Source: Tissierellia bacterium
Lineage (GTDB): Bacteria; Bacillota; Clostridia; Tissierellales; Sedimentibacteraceae
Reading direction: 5' to 3'
NCBI GenBank assembly: GCA_012843025.1
Contig: DURT01000050.1
Span: 2,128-66,127, forward strand
DNA length: 64,000 bases
The notes beneath the pieces are model-generated. The model saw nothing but the letters and a program-made list of their open reading frames with translations. It made no database searches and was not told where the DNA came from. Shown here piece by piece: positions 58,894 through 64,000 of the stretch. The position numbers and the translations under genes are program-made. The first letter of the stretch is position 1. Each line of letters begins with the position of its first letter.

Positions 58894-59346
58894 ATGGACG
58901 AAATATTTATGAGGGAAGCTTTAAAAGAAGCCTATAAGGCCTATGAAATAAAGGAAGTTCCCATAGGTGCAGTAATAGTACGTGAAGGAAAAATAGTAGG
59001 TAGAGGCTTTAATCAGAAAGAAACATTAAAAGATGCAACCCTACACGGTGAAATTACAGCAATAAGAGAGGCATGCAGAAACTTGGGAGGATGGAGGCTA
59101 CCCGGATGTACCATGTACGTAACCTTAGAACCCTGTCCTATGTGTGCCGGTGCCATAGTTAATGCCCGCATAGAAAGGTTGGTAATCGGTGCAAAGGATT
59201 TAAAATCGGGAGCATGTGGCTCTGTGCTTAATATTGCTAGACATAGTATGTTAAATCACAGTGCAGAGGTTGTTTTTGGAGTATTGGAAGAGGAATGTTC
59301 CCAACTTATAAAAAAATTTTTTATGGAACTTCGTAAAAATAAGTAA
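58894..59346 (+). CDS. tadA: tRNA-specific adenosine deaminase
   Basis: The start was moved to the ATG at 58894, because the track start at 58840 lies in a TTGACT-17-CTATAAT promoter. Motifs HGEITAIREA and PCPMCAGA. Confidence 0.92.
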   Translation: MDEIFMREALKEAYKAYEIKEVPIGAVIVREGKIVGRGFNQKETLKDATLHGEITAIREACRNLGGWRLPGCTMYVTLEPCPMCAGAIVNARIERLVIGAKDLKSGACGSVLNIARHSMLNHSAEVVFGVLEEECSQLIKKFFMELRKNK

Positions 59347-59356
59347 GGAGGCTGCA

Positions 59357-60445
59357 ATGGAGAGATATCCCATACTTGAATTTAACTTAGAAAAACTATA
59401 CAACAATACGAAAATAATAACAAATCTTTGTAGGGACTACGGTATTAATGTGGCAGGTATTATAAAAGGGTTTGGAGGAATACCTGAAGGTGCGGAGGAA
59501 ATGGCAAGGGGAGGATGTCATCAAATAGGAAGCTCCAGAATAGAGCAGCTTAAGGCTCTTAAAGAGAGGGGAATAGATATACCCTTGTTGATGGTCAGAA
59601 TTCCCATGATGTGTGAAATTGAAGATGTGGTAAAATACAGCGATATATGTTTGGTTTCGGAAAGAGAAACTTTAAATATGTTAAATGCAGAAGCTAAGAA
59701 ACAGAATAAAAAGTACGGTGTAGTGCTGATGCATGATTTGGGAGATTTACGGGAAGGAGTTTTTACTAAGGAAGAATTGGTGGAATTAGCTGAATATGTA
59801 GAGTATAGTCTCAGTAGCCTAGTACTTGAAGGAATTGGTACTAATTTAAGTTGTTACGGTTCCGTTGCTCCCACCACTGAAAATTTAAGCCGTTTAGCAG
59901 ATGCTGCTTCCGAAATAGAGAATAAGCTTAACAGAAAACTAAATATAGTATCCGGAGGTGGTACAACCACTCTTCCCTTAATGGTCAGAGGAGGTGTTCC
60001 CAAGAAAATAAATCACTTAAGGATAGGAGAAGGTATTAATAATACTCAGGATTTACCCTTGTATTGGGATACAAATATTGAGGGTTTGGATCCAGATGTG
60101 TTTGTATTAAAGGCACAAATAGTTGAATTAAACGAAAAACCTACCCATCCTATCGGTCAGCTGATGGTAAATGCTTTTGGCGATTTACCTCATTATGAAG
60201 ATAGGGGAATAAGAAAAAGGGCGATACTAGCATTGGGGAATCAAGATTTAGGAGATTCTTCAAGATTAGTCCCCAAGGATAAGGATATTATTGTATTAGG
60301 AGCTAGCAGCGACCATACTATATTAGATATTCATGACTGTAAGACTGAATATAAGTTGGGAGATATAGTTGAATTTAATATTCTTTACCAAGCTATGCTG
60401 ATGACATCTCTATCAGATTATGTATATAAGAAAATAATTAAATAA
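59357..60445 (+). CDS. Alanine-racemase-fold PLP enzyme (ornithine/amino-acid racemase-like, YhfX-type)
   Basis: 362 aa with a TIM-barrel-like N-terminal region (VAGIIKGFGG, with candidate PLP Lys) and a C-terminal beta domain. The family assignment rests on overall resemblance only. Confidence 0.55.
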   Translation: MERYPILEFNLEKLYNNTKIITNLCRDYGINVAGIIKGFGGIPEGAEEMARGGCHQIGSSRIEQLKALKERGIDIPLLMVRIPMMCEIEDVVKYSDICLVSERETLNMLNAEAKKQNKKYGVVLMHDLGDLREGVFTKEELVELAEYVEYSLSSLVLEGIGTNLSCYGSVAPTTENLSRLADAASEIENKLNRKLNIVSGGGTTTLPLMVRGGVPKKINHLRIGEGINNTQDLPLYWDTNIEGLDPDVFVLKAQIVELNEKPTHPIGQLMVNAFGDLPHYEDRGIRKRAILALGNQDLGDSSRLVPKDKDIIVLGASSDHTILDIHDCKTEYKLGDIVEFNILYQAMLMTSLSDYVYKKIIK

Positions 60446-60457
60446 GGAGGTGAACAA

Positions 60458-60646
60458 ATGCCAATAGTTCAAATTGAAATGCTTAAAGGAAGAACCTTAG
60501 AACAAAAGAGAGAAATGGTTAAAGAAGTAACAGAAGCTATTTCTAAAACAGCAAATTGTCCTAAGGAAAATGTTAGGATTATCATAAGAGAAATGGATCC
60601 TGAAAACTTTGCTGAAGTAGGAGTTCTTAGATGTGACAAAAAATAA
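60458..60646 (+). CDS. 4-oxalocrotonate tautomerase family protein
   Basis: 62 aa starting MPIVQIEMLKGRT (catalytic Pro1 after Met removal). Confidence 0.88.
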   Translation: MPIVQIEMLKGRTLEQKREMVKEVTEAISKTANCPKENVRIIIREMDPENFAEVGVLRCDKK

Positions 60647-60668
60647 TGGCTTAAGCCATTATTTTTTT
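60638..60668 (+). terminator. Rho-independent terminator
   Basis: AATAATGGC-TTAA-GCCATTATT followed by T6. Confidence 0.8.
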
Positions 60669-60789
60669 GAAGTATGCTGTGTTTTGTAGTAGAAGGTTTA
60701 AAATTGTAAAGGTCTATTGTATAATAGTCTGAAAAGGATATGCCCCCGTTATAGGTGAGGAAATCATCAAATCAGGAAAAGGAGAAGGT

Positions 60790-61542
60790 ATGAAACTTAT
60801 ATCATGGAATGTAAACGGTTTAAGATCCACTGTGAAAAAAGGATTCACAGAAATTTTTAAGGATTTTGATGCAGATATTTTCTGTATACAGGAAACAAAG
60901 TTACAAGAAGGTCAAATAGATCTGAAATTTGAAGGATATTATGATTATTGGAACTATGCGGAGAGAAAGGGATATTCCGGAACTGCCGTATTTACAAAGC
61001 ATGAACCTTTATCGGTTACTTATGGATTAGGAATAGAGGAGCATGATAAGGAAGGAAGAGTAATAACCTTAGAGTATGAGGACTTTATTTTGGTCAATGT
61101 TTATACTCCAAACTCCCAAAGAGGATTAGCAAGACTAAGCTATAGAATGACCTGGGAAGATGACTTCAGGAATTATTTATTAAAATTAAATGAAAAGAAA
61201 CATGTAGTAGTATGTGGCGACTTAAATGTAGCACATAAGGAAATAGACTTGAAAAATCCTAGTACCAACAGGAAAAATGCAGGCTTTACTGATGAAGAAA
61301 GAGAAAAAATGACGGAACTATTAAATGCGGGATTTATTGATACTTTCAGATATTTTTATCCTGATAAAAGAGATGCTTATACCTGGTGGTCAAACTTTGC
61401 AAATTCAAGGGAAAGGAATATTGGCTGGAGAATAGACTATTTCATAACTTCTAACTCATTTGAAAAAAATCTTAAGGATGCAGTCATTTATTCGGATGTA
61501 TATGGTAGTGATCACTGTCCTGTGGGACTGTTAATAAAATAA
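60790..61542 (+). CDS. xth: Exodeoxyribonuclease III (AP endonuclease)
   Basis: 250 aa with motifs SWNVNGLR, CIQETK, CGDLNVAH and GSDHCPV. Confidence 0.95.
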   Translation: MKLISWNVNGLRSTVKKGFTEIFKDFDADIFCIQETKLQEGQIDLKFEGYYDYWNYAERKGYSGTAVFTKHEPLSVTYGLGIEEHDKEGRVITLEYEDFILVNVYTPNSQRGLARLSYRMTWEDDFRNYLLKLNEKKHVVVCGDLNVAHKEIDLKNPSTNRKNAGFTDEEREKMTELLNAGFIDTFRYFYPDKRDAYTWWSNFANSRERNIGWRIDYFITSNSFEKNLKDAVIYSDVYGSDHCPVGLLIK

Positions 61543-61631
61543 ACAGCAGAAGGCAAATAATCCTTGTGTAAATATTATCTTTGGGAACGGGGGATAATAT
61601 ACCCGTTCTAAATTACATACAAGGAGGCGCT

Positions 61632-63191
61632 ATGAAAAAAATATTGACTGTTATATGGATACTTATCCTTTTAACAGGCTGTAGCAGAGCTTTTTCGGAA
61701 GTTACGGAAATTGAAGGGGTTAATTTACAAACAGGGGAAAGGATTGTAATATCTGAGAATAGTGAAGATTGGAATACTATATTAAATGCTTTAAAGAAAA
61801 AAGAAAAAACCACCGATACTTTTTCTGACTTGTTAACTTATGAATTAATATTGAAAAACCAAGAAAACTTTCAAAGTTACAAATTAAGCTTCGACGTAAA
61901 GAATAAATCTGTATATCTTTTTGATAATAACTCCAACTATAAAATTAAGGACAGTGCTGCAAAAGAATTGTTGGTAATGGACATTTTTTCATATATATAT
62001 GTGGATTCAACCATTTATGATATTTATGTGGACTTGGAGGGGAAAAGATACAGTCCTTCTATAGAATATAATTGGTTCGTCAAAAATGTTGAAGGTATTT
62101 ATATAAATAAATCCGGGAGTTTAAAGGGCAAGTATGAAAAGAAGAATGAATTCTTAATAGGCGAAGAAGTTGTTGACCTTGTATTTGAAAAGCTTCCTGA
62201 TAATTTTACAGTAAGGGTATATTCTGAAGATAAATTATTAAGTACTGGAAGAAATATTAATGAGGTTTTGTCTCGTATAAAAAGAGACGGAGAATACTTT
62301 GTTGAATGTGAAAGCCATTGGCATTTTAATAAAAATACAGATTTTTACGGAAGCCAGACCTTGAAATTCACAGCAGTAATCGATAGACCTCCAGAGATTA
62401 AAGTTATTACAAGGGAAAATTACCCGGGAAATATTTTGTTGGTTTCCGTCGAAAATTTAAATAGTAATGACACGATTAAAATTATCACAGATGCAGTTAA
62501 GACAGAAAACCAGCCCTATATATATGGAGAGAAACATTATTTTATTTGTCCTGTAGATCTTAATATTGAGGCGGGAGATTATCAACTGATGGCCGTTATA
62601 AATGAAGGTAGTAAGGATGAACTAATATTAGAAGAAACCCTTACTATAGGCCACAGAAGTTTTAAAACCCAGTACCTTTCAGTAAGTGAAGAAATGAACC
62701 AAACTAACAACAATAGCGCAGCTGTTTATGAATTTGCTCAACTTGTAAAACCTGCAAGAACTGTATCTGTGGAAGAAAAGCTATGGGAAGGAACTTTTAT
62801 TATGCCGGTGGAAGGCAGACTTACTACTGACTTTGGTGAAATACGCTATGTAAACAACGAATCTTCCTCTTCAAGACATTCGGGACTTGACTTGGCAGCT
62901 CCCTTGGACACTCCCGTTAAAGCTCCAAATAAGGGTATAGTTGTTTTTGCCATGGAAGGACTTCTATCTCCAGGAAATACAATAGTTATCGATCATGGCA
63001 TGGGATTATTTACCTCCTACTATCATTTGAATAATATCAATGTTAAAAAAGGGGATTTAGTTAATAAGGGAGATATAATTGGAACTGTTGGAACCACAGG
63101 TTTTTCTACTGGACCCCACCTTCATTATGCAGTGAGTATTTATAATACTTATGTAAATCCTTATCAGACTTTAAGCGGAATAATAGATTAA
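61632..63191 (+). CDS. M23-family metallopeptidase lipoprotein with a large N-terminal domain
   Basis: Start at the ATG at 61632, after AAGGAGG. Lipobox LLTGC. The C-terminal M23 domain has RHSGLDLAA and GPHLHYAV. Confidence 0.88.
   Translation: MKKILTVIWILILLTGCSRAFSEVTEIEGVNLQTGERIVISENSEDWNTILNALKKKEKTTDTFSDLLTYELILKNQENFQSYKLSFDVKNKSVYLFDNNSNYKIKDSAAKELLVMDIFSYIYVDSTIYDIYVDLEGKRYSPSIEYNWFVKNVEGIYINKSGSLKGKYEKKNEFLIGEEVVDLVFEKLPDNFTVRVYSEDKLLSTGRNINEVLSRIKRDGEYFVECESHWHFNKNTDFYGSQTLKFTAVIDRPPEIKVITRENYPGNILLVSVENLNSNDTIKIITDAVKTENQPYIYGEKHYFICPVDLNIEAGDYQLMAVINEGSKDELILEETLTIGHRSFKTQYLSVSEEMNQTNNNSAAVYEFAQLVKPARTVSVEEKLWEGTFIMPVEGRLTTDFGEIRYVNNESSSSRHSGLDLAAPLDTPVKAPNKGIVVFAMEGLLSPGNTIVIDHGMGLFTSYYHLNNINVKKGDLVNKGDIIGTVGTTGFSTGPHLHYAVSIYNTYVNPYQTLSGIID
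62418..62433. promoter_or_regulatory. Possible second Noc-binding site AATTACCCGGGAAATA
   Basis: 14/16 match to TATTTCCCGGGAAATA with the right half perfect. Lies inside the M23 peptidase CDS. Confidence 0.3.
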
Positions 63192-63256
63192 AAATATCTG
63201 TTTATATTATCCTCCTTATGGTATAATTAAATGAAAGTTTGTATGGGAGGTATAAT

Positions 63257-63688
63257 ATGGCGTACCTAGGATATGCTTGGCTGGGTATAGTAGTTGTTTC
63301 TGTAATAATAGAGGCTTTAACCATGGGTCTTACCACCATATGGTTTGCCATTGGTGCGATTGTAGCATTTCTTGTTAATTTAACTGGTATTGGAATTGAA
63401 GTACAAATAGTAGCTTTCTTATTAGTTTCTATATTATGCCTACTATTTACAAGGCCCTTTGCAATGAAAAAATTAAAAGTCGGAAGAATCAGGACTAATA
63501 CTGACTTGTTAATTGGTCAGCAATGCAAAGTAGAATCGACTATTGACAATTTAAACAACCAGGGGACAGTTAATGTTAAGGGGCAAATTTGGACTGCTAG
63601 GTCTGTTGACGATCAGGTAATTGAAAAAGGTGAAATTGTAACTATAAAAGAAATTATCGGTGTTAAGCTGATAGTTGAGAAAAAATAA
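63257..63688 (+). CDS. NfeD-family membrane protein
   Basis: Start at the ATG at 63257, after GGGAGG. Three TM segments, then a C-terminal OB-like domain GTVNVKGQIWTARS. Precedes an SPFH gene, as is typical. Confidence 0.85.
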   Translation: MAYLGYAWLGIVVVSVIIEALTMGLTTIWFAIGAIVAFLVNLTGIGIEVQIVAFLLVSILCLLFTRPFAMKKLKVGRIRTNTDLLIGQQCKVESTIDNLNNQGTVNVKGQIWTARSVDDQVIEKGEIVTIKEIIGVKLIVEKK

Positions 63689-63696
63689 GGAGGAGC

Positions 63697-64000
63697 TATG
63701 GAATATATTGGTTTTGTAATATTTCTGTTTTTAGTAGTAGTTTTACTGGCAACAAACATAAGAATTGTTCCTCAGGCCAATGCCTATGTTATTGAACGTT
63801 TAGGTGCATATCATACCACTTGGGGTGTAGGGGTACATGTAAAGGTTCCTTTAATTGACAGAATAGTAAATAAAGTATCTTTAAAGGAGCAGGTGGTGGA
63901 TTTTCCTCCCCAACCGGTAATTACCAAGGACAATGTTACTATGCAAATAGATACTGTAATATTTTTTCAAATTACCGATCCTAAATTTTTCACTTATGGT
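63697..64000 (+). CDS. SPFH/band-7 (stomatin/prohibitin-like) protein, 5' part (runs off the window end)
   Basis: Not in the track because it is open at the edge. The ATG at 63697 follows AGGAGGAG. Translation MEYIGFVIFLFLVVVLLATNIRIVPQANAYVIERLGAYHTTWGVGVHVKVPLIDRI...VITKDNVTMQIDTVIFFQITDP is typical of SPFH proteins. Confidence 0.88.

Overview
This window is the replication-origin region of a low-GC Gram-positive chromosome. It looks like an anaerobic Clostridia-type organism with SLH/S-layer proteins; the organism was not identified. Left of about 8.1 kb every gene is on the minus strand: gyrA (partial), gyrB, recF, yaaA-like, dnaN, dnaA. From 8.5 kb on almost every gene is on the plus strand. 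DnaA-box clusters flank dnaA, giving a bipartite oriC. The plus-strand core set is rpmH-rnpA-yidD-yidC-jag, mnmE-mnmG-rsmG, noc-soj-spo0J, a four-gene NADH-linked [FeFe]-hydrogenase cluster, and pyrC. Four small or unknown genes follow, then a PyrR-type leader and pyrB-pyrI-pyrK-pyrD-pyrE. I found cognate DNA sites for both ParB paralogs by reading the sequence: a perfect Noc-binding palindrome inside rsmG, a perfect parS inside a CDS at 25.06 kb, and a one-mismatch parS at 26.4 kb. After tRNA-Ala(GGC) and tRNA-Thr(CGT), from about 31.1 to 44.7 kb, the content becomes accessory-like. It starts with an exported lipoprotein flavin reductase interrupted by an in-frame TGA. A two-component system follows: a histidine kinase with an SBP_bac_3-type sensor domain, and an NtrC-type sigma-54 activator. 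A textbook sigma-54 promoter (TGGCAC-N5-TTGCA) then precedes a seven-gene operon: an Opp/Dpp-type ABC importer, an alanine-dehydrogenase/PNT-family enzyme and an MmgE/PrpD-family enzyme. I regard this sigma-54 locus as the best candidate for an uncharacterised uptake/catabolic system in the window, and its substrate cannot be read from the sequence. The rest is mostly housekeeping: helD, an XRE-cupin regulator, a Ser T-box, serS, CoA-disulfide-reductase-rhodanese, ndk, a gamma-CA-like protein, an orphan ATP-grasp, a D-Ala-D-Ala carboxypeptidase, tRNA-Arg(CCT), a YtrA-type GntR/ABC operon, an SLH protein, a tadA-racemase-fold-tautomerase operon, xth, an M23 lipoprotein and an NfeD-SPFH pair. 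I saw no CRISPR array, transposase, integrase, rRNA or obvious phage/defence genes. All calls come from reading the translations and motifs by eye; no database searches were run.
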